Source: Azolla caroliniana
Taxonomy: Eukaryota; Plantae; Polypodiophyta
Assembly (NCBI GenBank): GCA_043228905.1
Contig: JBHGNT010000015.1
Location: 8,060,001 to 8,124,000, forward strand
DNA length: 64,000 nucleotides
Reading direction: 5' to 3'
In this document: piece after piece, positions 13,069 through 23,817 of the stretch
Layout of the letters: each line of letters opens with the position of its first letter
Numbering within the stretch: position 1 is the first letter of the stretch
Notes under the pieces: generated by a model
Told to the model about the DNA's origin: nothing
Database searches by the model: none
Seen by the model: the letters and a program-made list of their open reading frames with translations, nothing else
Position numbers and translations under genes: made by a program

Positions 13069-13393
13069 TGTCGAATACAAATGTATAATGGACGTATTCA
13101 CACTATCCTCTTAGAGAGCCCAAGTTCGGGCTATTTCTGTAAATAACATAAAGGGCAGTTGCCCTAAGTGAGTCACTATATAAAGTGACTTTGTAACCTT
13201 TTGTAAAGGTTGGTTGTTCATTGTTGTAACGGTTGCCCTTTATGAATATAGATATATTCTTTGTGCCTCTCTCTCTCTCTCTCTCTCAATGTACGTATTT
13301 TGTTCTTCCCTCTCTCATACCCAGGTAATTTCTTCCTCACAGATTCATACTGTGTGATCTCTTCCGCACTGATGGCCTTGTCCATTCCCTACA
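13069..13393 (+). repeat. 3' LTR of Copia B (325 bp)
   Basis: Follows the PPT; ends ccctaca. Confidence 0.95.
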
Positions 13394-13403
13394 TTGATGA
13401 CGT

Positions 13404-14053
13404 TGTCGTGAAGAAAACCGTCCCTTAGTGCAATCGGTGCATAGCGCGCGTGAACCGGCTCTTCACGCGTGCGCGCCCTTTAATGTATATAATAGGGAAT
13501 TAGGTACATAGGCATATCCGGGGGTAGTTAGATTCGGTAGGTAGGAAGTAAATGAGGGAGACGGCTCCCTTCCTGAAGCTATAAAAGAGAGGGAGATGCG
13601 GGGGAGAAAGGGATCGCGGATTGAGGAGGACGAAGTGCTGTCGGACCGTAACCGAACGCTTCTCCTCTGTTTGTTCTCTATTGCTCTTCTTTGCAGGTTT
13701 TCGGGAGGCTCGCGCTGCTTCGAGGAACGCCCGTGTGCTTCCGGCAGCACCTCCATCCTATCCCCTTTCGTGCGTAGACGTACAGGCATTGGCATCTGTT
13801 CGCCGGCCTGTTCGGTTGTAACCGCTCGCGTGCTCTGTTGTTTGTGTCATTTGTTAATATACAAACATTCGTGTCTCTCTATCTCTGTGTCCATTCGTGT
13901 TTTCTGCGTTGACGGGCCGTGCCCTTGTGTTTCTTTGCTCATACGTAACCGGTCGTCTCTCTCTTTCTCTTTCCCCTCCTATCACCTGCTCTTCGGTTCA
14001 AGACCCCGATGGTCCCGCCTCGTTTCTCCACGCACGCGCATAGCAACGCGACA
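13404..14053 (+). repeat. 5' LTR of Gypsy Y
   Basis: TGTCGTG...CGCGACA, direct repeat of 37000-37649. Confidence 0.95.
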
Positions 14054-14057
14054 TATT

Positions 14058-14074
14058 TGGTGAACCCGACGTGA
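14058..14074 (+). promoter_or_regulatory. Primer binding site of Y, complementary to the tRNA-Trp 3' end
   Basis: TGGTGAACCCGACGTGA is the reverse complement of ...TCACGTCGGGTTCA-CCA, the plant tRNA-Trp(CCA) 3' end as recalled. Confidence 0.8.
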
Positions 14075-14097
14075 ACAAGGCGGCAGAGGAGCAGAAG

Positions 14098-16188
14098 ATG
14101 AGGGGGTCGGATCTTGCAGAGGCCATGGCTTTGGCCGTGGACCGGATAGTGAGCGCGCGCGAGGGCACCGACGCCCTTGACAGGGCTATTGAGGCGATCG
14201 TCGGTACGATCGGCCGGTTTAGTGGAAAGGATGCCACGAGTTATTTGGCGTCCTACCGGGCGGAGATGTTGATGAGGGATATTCCGGAAAAGAGGCGTCT
14301 TGCCGGATTCCCTCGAGGTCCGGGCGGAGAGCCGGACCTGGGAGGAGTTTGAAGGACGGCTCTTGGAGAAACACGGGCTGGATGACGCGCTTCGACTTTC
14401 GAAGCGGGGCTTCATGGAGTGGGTGGAGTCCCCCGACAAAGGAAGAAATGCGTCGGCACTCCTCCGGGAGTTTGAGGATCGCTTTGCGCGCCTTTCGGCG
14501 CTCGATCGAACCGTTCTGGACACAAGTCATGTCCTACTGTTTGTTAAATCGGTTGACGCACGGGATCGGGAGCAAGTGGGCTCCTTACTTGAAACCGAAG
14601 ACGGGCTGACGGCCGACTGGGCCGCGATAAAAAGAGTCTGCAGACGTTTTGACAAACGATGGGAGTGGGCTGATACAAGGGCGACCGGGGCGGGTCCTGT
14701 TGTAGCAAGGAAGCTCGAATCGATACCTCCGACGCGACGGGAAGAGACCCGGGAGTGGCTCGGAACCGGTTCGGCTTCGACCGGTGTGGTTAGAGGCTCA
14801 TCCGGGGGAACAACTTTGGAGGAGTTGACACGGGCGGTAAAGGATCTCCAGATCGCCCAGGCTCGGAGGGAAGGTGGCGAACAGGCTCGTGACCGACGGC
14901 CTCCGGCAGGAAATAGGTGCATGTGGTGCGACGAGGTCGGCCACATCCGGAAAGACTGCGGGGACTTTGCGGAGGCTTTGAGAAGCCGGGTAGTGTACCT
15001 GTGGGAAGGTCGGGTGCACGCCAGCGATACCCGGAGGGCCCTGAACCAAAACGACAGGCGAGGAGGAATGAAAAGGCTGATGGAAGAGGCGGCAGCCCGG
15101 CACGCGGAGACCGTCCACTACTCATCGTAGGCCGGTATTCGGGTCGGTGGCAGTGAGGCCCGGAAGGAGAGCAAAGCCGGGTTTTGGCCGACGGTATTGG
15201 AAGGCCTCGCTGGTGCCCGACTAAAGAAGGAAGAGGCGGGCCGTGCGGAGAAGCGGGTCCAAGAGGTAACCGGGTGGAGTGACCCGGTCGAAAAAAGACG
15301 GGTTTCGTCGAAGCAGCTTGCCAGAACTACGAGGCTCTGGTTGAAGACAAATGGGTAGGTAAAACCGGAGGGGCCGGACCATCACAGAGATACGAAACCC
15401 GATTCAGGCCGAAACAAAACGAGGCCTGTGAGACCAGTGCCCGGGATAACCACAAGAAGGGCGGATACCGGTTGGGCACGGAGATCGAAAGGACCATGGA
15501 CCTACGAAAGGTCCTGGAAGAACGAATCCTCGATAGCAAGGTGGAACTGTCATTGCGGGAGGTGCTCGGAATCGCCAAGAAGGAGTTCCACGACTCCATC
15601 GTAGACTTGGTGAAGAGGAAGAGGCTGTTGACGGAGACAGAGCCGGAAAGGCCGGTGGAGGTGCGGACGACGCACATAGAGGACATGGCGCTGGAAGACG
15701 AGTGGGCGGAGAGCCACTACTCGAGGCCACACTGGGCCCGAGCGACCACGGAAACCCCGGTGAAGATTGGAGATGTTTGGGAACCGGTGGTGGCGCTGGT
15801 GAACCACGGTTCGGAAATAAACCTGATGTCCATGGACTTCTACAAGAAGGGGAAATGGCTGATCAACACCAAGCACGGGTGGAAGATATGGGCGGCGATG
15901 CGCGCCACCAAGGAACTACACGGGGCCTGCCCAAACGTGCGAGTCAAGATCGGCGATGTCGAGATAGATCAACAGTTCTTTGTGCAGGAGACGTCCTCGC
16001 ACCCGGTCATACTGGGAGAACTGTACATTACGACAACGCGGATGGAGACCAAGGTGCTGGACAACGGGTCGGCTTACGCGAGGGTCAAGAGTCAGGACGG
16101 GCGTCATTCGGTCCAGTTCTTGACGGTGCGACCAAACCACGAGCGAAACCGCGAGTCCCTCGGTGGCGAGAACCGAGAGGATGTTTAG
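14098..16188 (+). pseudogene. Y gag-protease ORF (disrupted)
   Basis: CMWCDEVGHIRKDC zinc knuckle; VALVNHGSEINLM protease-like segment; small deletion near 14315, stop at 15128, frameshift near 15295. Confidence 0.8.
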
Positions 16189-17376
16189 AGAGGGCTGTCA
16201 AGGCGTGGGGCCGCGACAGTCCGGACACTCCGGGAAAACCCCACAAATGTACGATAGAGGCGAAACCGAAGAAGCCTTGTACCATAAGTAGGAAGTTTTG
16301 TTTCTCCGACAACGGAGGGTGTACGATAGTCGGCGTCGTTGGCCGAGAAAAGACAAGGGCGGAAGAGCGACTTCGGGCGTGCGGAGTTCTCGGGCCTAGC
16401 GAGGAAATCAACGGAGTCGTGGAGGCGGTCTCCTTCGACGATACCTTGGGAGTACTACGAGAGGTGGTCGGAGAGGGCCTTAAAGAGGACCGGACGATAC
16501 CGGTTTGTTCAGAAGAGATGTACGAAGTCATCGCGGACTTCAGTCGAGGGCTCGAGTCGGATCGGACGGCCCGGGTTAACACGAAGTACAAGACTGTGGA
16601 CCGGAAGGTAAGGCCAGTCACGGCACCCTTACCGGAGGGCAGCGAGTTGCGAATCAAGGGGGTCGCGTCGGACCCCAGTTTACGAGATCCGGCCTGCATA
16701 AGACACGCCTTCACCGACAGAACGCTACGGGAGCTCAAAATCAGTGGGGGCGGGTTCCTACTGCCGGCGGAAGAAGACCGGTTTCGGAAAATGCTCGGAA
16801 GGCACGGGAAAGCCTTCGCATTCTCACCGGGAGAGATCGGGTGCGTAGACCCGACGGTCGTGAAGCCGATGGTGATATTCACGGTACCGCATGTGCCGTG
16901 GAATCTCAAACCAATTCCGGTACCGAGAGCTCACATCCCGGAGCTGATGGAGCTGTTAAGGCAGAAAGTCGATATGGGCATCCTCGAACCATCGAGTGCC
17001 CCATACTCGAACCGGTGGTTTACTGTACCGAAGAAGAACAGGACGTTGCGCTTCATTCAAGACCTGCAACCGGTCAACAGAGTGACCATTCGGAACGCAG
17101 GAATCGGACCAACGATAGACGAGTTCGCAGAGGCCTTCGCCGGAAGGTCGATCTACTCGGTCGGTGATCTGTACTCGGGGTACGATCAGTTCCAACTAGC
17201 CGTAGAGAGCAGAGACATTACGACGATGCGGACTCCTCTCGGCCTAGTGCGGATGTGTACCCTGCCACAAGGAGGGACGAACTCGGTGGCCCACATGGTG
17301 AATGCGATGAACAAGGTGCTGAGGGATTGTATACCGGACATCACCATGCCATTCTTGGACGACATCCCGATCAAGG
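16186..17376 (+). pseudogene. Y pol part 1 (RT), interrupted by C
   Basis: RWFTVPKKN..LRFIQDLQPVN, DLYSGYDQ, LPQGGTNS, FLDD; rejoins at 23818 as IKG-CPVE. Confidence 0.9.
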
Positions 17377-17766
17377 TGTTGTCTGCATGGCCGGACTAGC
17401 CTCAACATAGGTGTCTATTCGACACTTCTCCAAAGGGGTGGTAAGGATTGGATGCTAGGTTACATGCGTAAGATGATTACAATTAAGCACAGACGGTAAA
17501 CAATACGACGATACAGATAAACACACAATAATTACTTTTGTATTACTTCCGTCCAACCCTTTACAAATCATTGGATCCTTTTATAGGCATCCGGCAAGGT
17601 TACAATCGGTGCGCTTAGGCAACCGACATCCGAATCGGTCCGGATCCGGATCGGTACAACTGTACCGGATCCGTCCCTCCGAATAATAATTCTACTATTA
17701 TTTACTTCCTATTATCCGATCCGACTCCGCCTTCCCACTTGTCCTTGCTCTTCTGACCGGCCAACA
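17377..17766 (-). repeat. 3' LTR of Gypsy C
   Basis: Direct repeat of 23423-23812. Confidence 0.93.
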
Positions 17767-17816
17767 CATGGCACACCCGTGGGAAAGTGCCTTGCACTTC
17801 GAATCCACTCCCGGCC

Positions 17817-20800
17817 TCATTCTTCCTCCAAAATATCGAGCACACTCTGCTCGATGGTGTCAAGTGGTGCTTCTTCCTCCAATTCCTGTTCCTTGCCTGC
17901 CTGGTCTCCGACCTCCGGTTGGGTTGGTTGTTCCGTAAAAATTTGCTGCTCCGGCTCTGCTTGATTCTGTGGTGCCGGTGCTTCCTCACCGCTTCGTCCG
18001 GGTTCTTCCTGTTCTCCCTCCGTTCCAGGCTCTGTTCTGTTACTAGTGTCGCTTTCTCCGGTCTCGACTGGTCGGCTCGGTACGCCTTCTTCCTCTGCTC
18101 TGGTGTGTTCCGGTCTCAGCTCTTCTTCTTCTCCGGCATCGGTCTGCTCCTGCTCTTCTTGATTTCCTTCGAACGGAAGTTCTTCTTCGGGTATTCCTTG
18201 TCGGGGTTGTTCGGTGTCGGTTGGTTCAACTTCAGCCGGTCGCTCTCCCTCACTAATAGTGATTGGCGTCGTTCTTCCCTTAGCTTCTTGTCGTAACCGG
18301 TCCTGCTCGTATCTCTCCAACTCCAACTGAGTTGCGAGCTGCCCGTCATCCAACCTCTCTACCAACCCTCGGATTTCTTTGAGATGTTCTTCCGCTAAAG
18401 CGTAGAAATCCTCCGACAATTCTTCTCGAATGGCGACGATACTTTCTTCATCCATCTTGTAGAACTTGTCACCAGTCTTCCTCCGATTCTCGGCATCCGC
18501 TCGGAGTGTCTGCAGCTCGGCTGCATGTTATGACCACTCCTTCCATAGCTTTCCGTACTTTCGTTGATGCTTGCCTGAGCTCGGGTACTCCATCCTGACA
18601 TGATGAGCTTGATCCGGTCAACCCCCGCCTTAGCATGCACATAAGCTTCTTGCTTTTCCTTCCTTGCCCGTTTTATAATGTCGGCCATTATCTGAGCCTG
18701 GGCCTCGTAATCCGCTTTCTGCTTTTCATAGGTACTTTGCAGTTTGTTGATCGTGAAGGTCGATTTTTCCTTTTCTTCATTCCTGATCTTGGTCAGATCC
18801 AGCTTTTCCCGCCTTAGCGCCTCTAATTCCTTCCTTCTCTCCGTCGCTTGGGCTATTTCCGCCGACAATGCTTCCTTGTTGGCACTGACCTCATCTATTG
18901 CCTTAGCCAGGTCTAATCAGGTCTCTTTGAGCTGTTCTTTCAGCTTCTCTATTTGCCGGTCGTAGTTTGCTGCCCGTTTCTTGTTGTCCGACTCGGCCTG
19001 CTTGTGATCTCGGTAGAGACGGTCGAAGTCCTCCGTCTTCTGCTTCAGGCGTCGGTTTGCCTGAGCTCTTAACCGATCGTCCCGGTCCTTCTGTTGTCGA
19101 AGTTCTTCCTGCAGTCGTTCTATCTCCTGCTCGGCATGTCGACGCAGTCGGTCCTTCTCCTTTTGCAGCTTCTCTTTTTCTTCTTGCAGTCGGTCATTGG
19201 TGGCTTGACCTTTCCGGAGGCCTTCTTCCATTTTTCGTCTGTCGTCCTCCACCGCTTTCCGCTGCTCCCTTTCTCTTTCCCTTAATGCCTCATGAGCTTT
19301 TAACTCCTCTCGTAAGGTTTCTATTATTTTTTCGGTCTCAGGGCCGGTTTGCAAGGCTACCGGTTCCGGTTCCGGTTCTGGTTGCTTCCTTGTTGTCCCG
19401 ACCGGCTCGGTGACAACTTGTGCTTGTTGAATTCCTTCCCTTGCCTGCAACAGCTCCCCTTGCATTTCCTCGATCTGTGTTCGGAGCGCGACCAACTCCT
19501 GAGTTGTTGTATGCGTCAGCTGTTTCCTACACGTTTCTTCTTTCTCTAACTGGTCCGCTACTCCCGATAACTGCTCCGAAAGCCATCTCAGCCATTGTGG
19601 CTTTGTTCTTCCTATGTCGGGGTGGCCTTGCTCACTTAACTCAGGCTGTTTTTCCGGCCTATTCTCTGGCTCCGACGCTTGTTCATACTTCTTCTCTAGG
19701 ATGACCGGTTCTCTGAAGTCCGGCACAACCGGGGTCGGTGCTGCTTCCCTCGGTACGGGTTCCGGTACTGCTTCCGCCTCGGCTACTGGAGGTGGTCCTT
19801 GCACCCTCTGCTGAGTTTTGTCAACTGGTGGAGCCGGTCCTTTCGCCCGTCTCTCCCGACCTTGTCTTGCTGGGAGTCTTACCAGTGGTTCGGATGAGTC
19901 TTCTGTTTCAGCTTCCTCCTCCGGTGCGGCTACCAGACGGACCTTTTGTATAAAGACGTCTGGTTCTGGTTCCGGCCGTCGCAGCGTTATATGGATTGGT
20001 TTGCGCGCTACCGGTTCCTCCTCGGCCGATTTCCCTTTGCCTTTTCCTGCCGGTTTTGCCTTTGCTGCCGGTTCCTGTTGCTGTCGGGATGGTCCTTCCC
20101 CCCGCTGTTCTGCTTCTTGCTGGGTCCATCCGGGGGTGTGTTTTTCCAGGATCTGTCGGCGCTTTGTGACCTTTTTCGGCGTCGTCTCCGGCCGACCTCT
20201 TTTCTTTTGTGTGATGGGGAGCACCGGTGGGACTAACACCGTTAGCCATTGTGCTATCCCGGCCCATGGCTTTTTTCCTTCCACAAGATTCTTGATGGCC
20301 TCCTTCAATCCTTCGGTTATGAAATGGAGCCAGTCTACTTGTAATCCTTCGTATGCTGCTATTAAGAACGATGCCCGGTACCTGGCTATGGCCGGGGGAC
20401 GAGGATTCACGAATCCGTATTCCATCATGGCGCGGGCCACTTCTCCGAACAGCAGGTTCTCTCCGCCCTGTGTTCGGTACGCCTTGCTGCTGATAGAATA
20501 CTCACCGAAATATTCGAACAGGATTTCACTTGAAGGGTTTTCGATTGTTTGAAGCCCTCCTGCTTTTATCCCCGTGAGCGCCTGCACCGCTCCTTCCATG
20601 ATTTCTGATAAATCGATCGATGCTGCCGCCTGCTCTGGTTCTGCGTGTGGTGGAGCGTCGGCGATCCGCAGCAATCCTTTTAACCTGTTCTCCCTCATCC
20701 ATTGGCGTGCCTCCTCCGACAGTACCATTGTTTCGAATTCTTCTTCTGTTGTTTGTTGTTCGGGATCGGGCTGTGTGTGCGCTGTGCGTCGGATTGCTCT

Positions 20801-20992
20801 TCTGTGCTTCTGCGCCTGTATGTAGGAAAATTCGTAAAAAGTGAGTCCTTCGCAGGCCTGTGTCTTATATAGTGGCTTTTGCCTCGAGCCGCCCTTTTTC
20901 GTTTCCCGCGCATGTTCCTCTCCTGCCATAATTAGTATGTCCTTTCTTGTTTGCCGCGTGTGAATGCCCACGTTCCATGCTTTAAATAGCAA
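17817..20992 (-). pseudogene. Extra ORF of Gypsy C (~1000 aa; globular N-domain, long coiled coil, acidic tail), one stop and one frameshift
   Basis: The 691-aa and 157-aa ORFs share a frame across TGA at 18917-18919; the 212-aa ORF continues after a frameshift near 18545. Homologous to D2 51324-59550. Confidence 0.75.
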
Positions 20993-21144
20993 GTAGGCGC
21001 ACGTCCTTCTTTAATGCATGGCGCCTCTTCGTTGCATGGTGGCGCTCCCACCTCTTGTGATCTCCCCATCATTACTATGATTCGCGTCGATTTTGCCCAC
21101 GTCTTTTTTTTTTTTTTTTTTTTTCTTTCTTTGTTTGGACCACG

Positions 21145-23385
21145 TCATTTGCTGGTCCCCCCCGATTTGTTCGGGTCGGTTCGTGTGGATACCGGATCCT
21201 TCTGTCGATTTTCCGGGATAGTCTTTGTCAGTATCGGTGTCGGTTCTTCCTCGGTCCGAATATCTTCAGCAGCGTCTGTCGGTGTCAGTTCCTCATCTTG
21301 CCGGATTTCCGGGTTTTGCTTGAACGGGTTGGCTGGCATATTTCCCTTATACGGCTTTAGCCGAAACCCATTTGCCCATTTACCGATGACATCTCCAGAC
21401 AACGTGCCGAGCTGATACGACCCATTGTACTCCTTGGTGATCCAGAACGGTCTGGTCCACCGAAACCGCAACTTTCCCGGCATGTTCCCCATCCGTGTCT
21501 GGAATAGTAGCACCGGTTTCCCGACTTCGAACTCCTTTTCGTTGCCACGCCGGTGTCGGTCCACGAAAGCTTTTCTCCTCCTTTGCTCCAGTTCGAGTTG
21601 TAGTAAGCTGGCTATTCGGTTTTCTTCTAATTCCAACAACGTCGCCAGCTGGATTCGTTCGGACTCGTTCTCACTTAAGCGCTCCTTTACCTGAATCCGT
21701 AAGCTGGGGATCTGGAACTCTACCGGCATGACCGCTTCTAAACCGAATGCTAGTCGGAACGAGGTTGTCCGGATGCTGGTTTTGTACGTTGTTCGGTACG
21801 CACATAGCGCGCTTTGCAATTTCGTATCCCAATCGGTCCGGATCTCGTTGACAATTTTTCGTAGGATGTTCTGCAGAGTTTTGTTCGTTGATTCCGCTAG
21901 TCCATTGGCTTGAGGGTAGTAGGGAGTACTCCTTTTATGTACCACCGCGTAAAATGACGTCAGGCTTTCTACTACTTGCCCGAGAAAATGTCCTCCTTGG
22001 TCACTTATAAGCTCGATCGGGCATCCATACCGGCACCATATGCACTCGTACAGAAACTTTGCCGTGGACGCGGCCGTGTTGTCCCGTAAGGCCTTTGCTT
22101 CTACCCATTTGGTGCAATAGTCGGTTGCCACTATGACATACCGATTTCCGGTTCACATTGCCGGTGGCTTGAAGGGACCGACAAAGTCCAAACCCCACTT
22201 TTGAAACGGTTCCAATGGCAAGACCGGGTGGTGTGGCATCTGGGCCTGCTCCGTGGGTTGGCCCAGTCGTTGACACAAATCACATTCTCTGCTATACTTC
22301 ACGACATCTTTTAGGGTGGTGGGCCACCACAGTCCGCTCTGCCATATTTTCCGAGCGGTTGCGTCGCCAGCATAATGCCCGCCGACAATTCCACAGTGGG
22401 CTTCCCTGAGGATTAAATCCTTCTCATCGCTCCGCACTGCTCGTCTCCAGATGCCATCTGCCCCCTTGTGATAGAGGGTGTCTCCAACCAAGCAGAAATG
22501 TCTGCTTCTTACTGCTACCCTTTTCCTTTCATTGCGGTCCATGTTCTCCGGGGGTACTCCGGTGCTCAGGAACTGATGCATCTCAGTTAGCCACGTGTCT
22601 TCATCGGCTACCGTTGCATCCGTTGCCGGTTTCGTCGTGATCCGGAACAACTCGGCGTCGGGGAACTCATCCTGGACGCCGTCCCCTGCTTCTCCGGATT
22701 CGAGTCTGCTTAGGTAGTCTGCTACCGCATGCTGCGCCCCGGGTCGGTGGAAAATGTCGAATTCAAATTCCTGTAACAGTAGTGTCCATCGTGCAATTTT
22801 TCCCGTCAGGGATGCCTTCGAGACCAGGTAGAGTAGTGCCGAATGGTCGACATGGAAGGAAAACTTCCTTCCGAGCAGATAGTGCCTGTACTTTGTGACA
22901 CTATACACCATTCCCAATGCCTCGCGTTCCGTCGTAGAGTAATTCCGTTCGGCTTTTGAGAGTTTCCGGCTTGCGTAGTACACCGGTCGGTACCATTTCG
23001 GCTCTGTGAGTTGCATCAGAACGCTGCCGATTGCTACGTCCGACGCGTCGACGAAGACGTGAAAGCTTTTACTCCAATCCGGTGGTTGTACCACCAGAGC
23101 TTGCGACAACATAACCTTCAACGCTTGGTAGGCTTCCTCCTCTGTCTCCGCCCATAGGAAGGGTACCCTGTGTACGGCGGTATGTAATGGTGTAGCGAAG
23201 TCTGCGAGGTGCCGTATCATCCGGCTATGCCACCTTATTTGGCCCAGGAACCGGCTTAAAGCCTTTGCGTTATTTGGTGCTGGTGCCTCAGGAATCGCCT
23301 TGACTTTATCCGGATCTATCGCGATTCCTTCCTTACTCACCACGTGCCCTAGTAAGTTGCCGCTTGCCACTCCAAAGACGCACTC
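21145..23385 (-). pseudogene. C pol remnant: RT end, RNase H, integrase
   Basis: CVFGVASGNLLGHVVSK; FHVFVDASD...YSTTEREALG; H2C2 zinc finger; WGLDFVGP; DYCTKWVEA; YYPQANGLAE. Confidence 0.9.
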
Positions 23386-23422
23386 CGGTCCTGCTCGTAT
23401 CCCATCGTGGTCGCCAAAATAG

Positions 23423-23812
23423 TGTTGTCTGCCTGGCCGGACTAGCCTCAACACAGGTGTCTATCCGACACTTCTCCAAAGGGGTGGTAAGGATTGGATG
23501 CTAGGTTACACGCGTAAGATGATTACAATTAAGCACAGACGGTAAACAATACGAAGATACAGATAAACACGCAATAATTACTTTTGTATTACTTCCGTCC
23601 AACCCTTTACAAATCATCGGATCCTTTTATAGGCATCCGGCAAGGTTACAATCGGTGCGCTTAGGCAACTGACATCCGAATCGGTCCGGATCCGGATCGG
23701 TACAACTGTACTGGATCCGTCCCTCCGAATAATAATTCTACTATTATTTACTTCCTATTATCCGATCCGACTCTGCCTTCCCACTTGTCCTTGCTCTTCT
23801 GACCGGCCAATA
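23423..23812 (-). repeat. 5' LTR of Gypsy C
   Basis: Followed on the minus strand by the PBS; terminal TG mutated to TA. Confidence 0.93.
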
Positions 23813-23817
23813 CAAGG

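Larger units (their letters stand above)
8136..13393 (+). mobile_element. Copia B (Tnt1/Tork-like), degenerate full-length element
   Basis: LTRs 8136-8459 and 13069-13393 (TG..CA); PBS TGGTATCAGAGC at 8462; PPT gggggag at 13062-13068; TSD tcgat/ttgat; order gag-PR-INT-RT-RH. Confidence 0.95.
17377..23812 (-). mobile_element. Gypsy C (non-chromovirus, Athila/Tat-like integrase), gag-PR-RT deleted, carries a 3' extra ORF
   Basis: 390-bp LTRs at 17377-17766 and 23423-23812 (~11 mismatches); TSD CAAGG at 17372-17376 and 23813-23817; PBS TGGCGACCACGATGGGA (tRNA-Arg-like) at 23400-23416. Confidence 0.93.

Noticed and set aside
13463-14063. ORFs duplicated at 37059-37674, and other duplicated short ORFs (25359-25591, 53054-53275)
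   Set aside because: They lie inside LTRs, so the duplication is explained by the LTR pair.
17787-18296. Hydrophobic 169-aa ORF resembling a membrane or env protein
   Set aside because: Antisense shadow of the Glu-rich tail of the C extra ORF.
19818-20552. 244-aa plus-strand ORF and similar antisense ORFs in GC-rich elements (e.g. 16085-16909, 39310-40350)
   Set aside because: Shadows of real retroelement frames; no independent domain signal.
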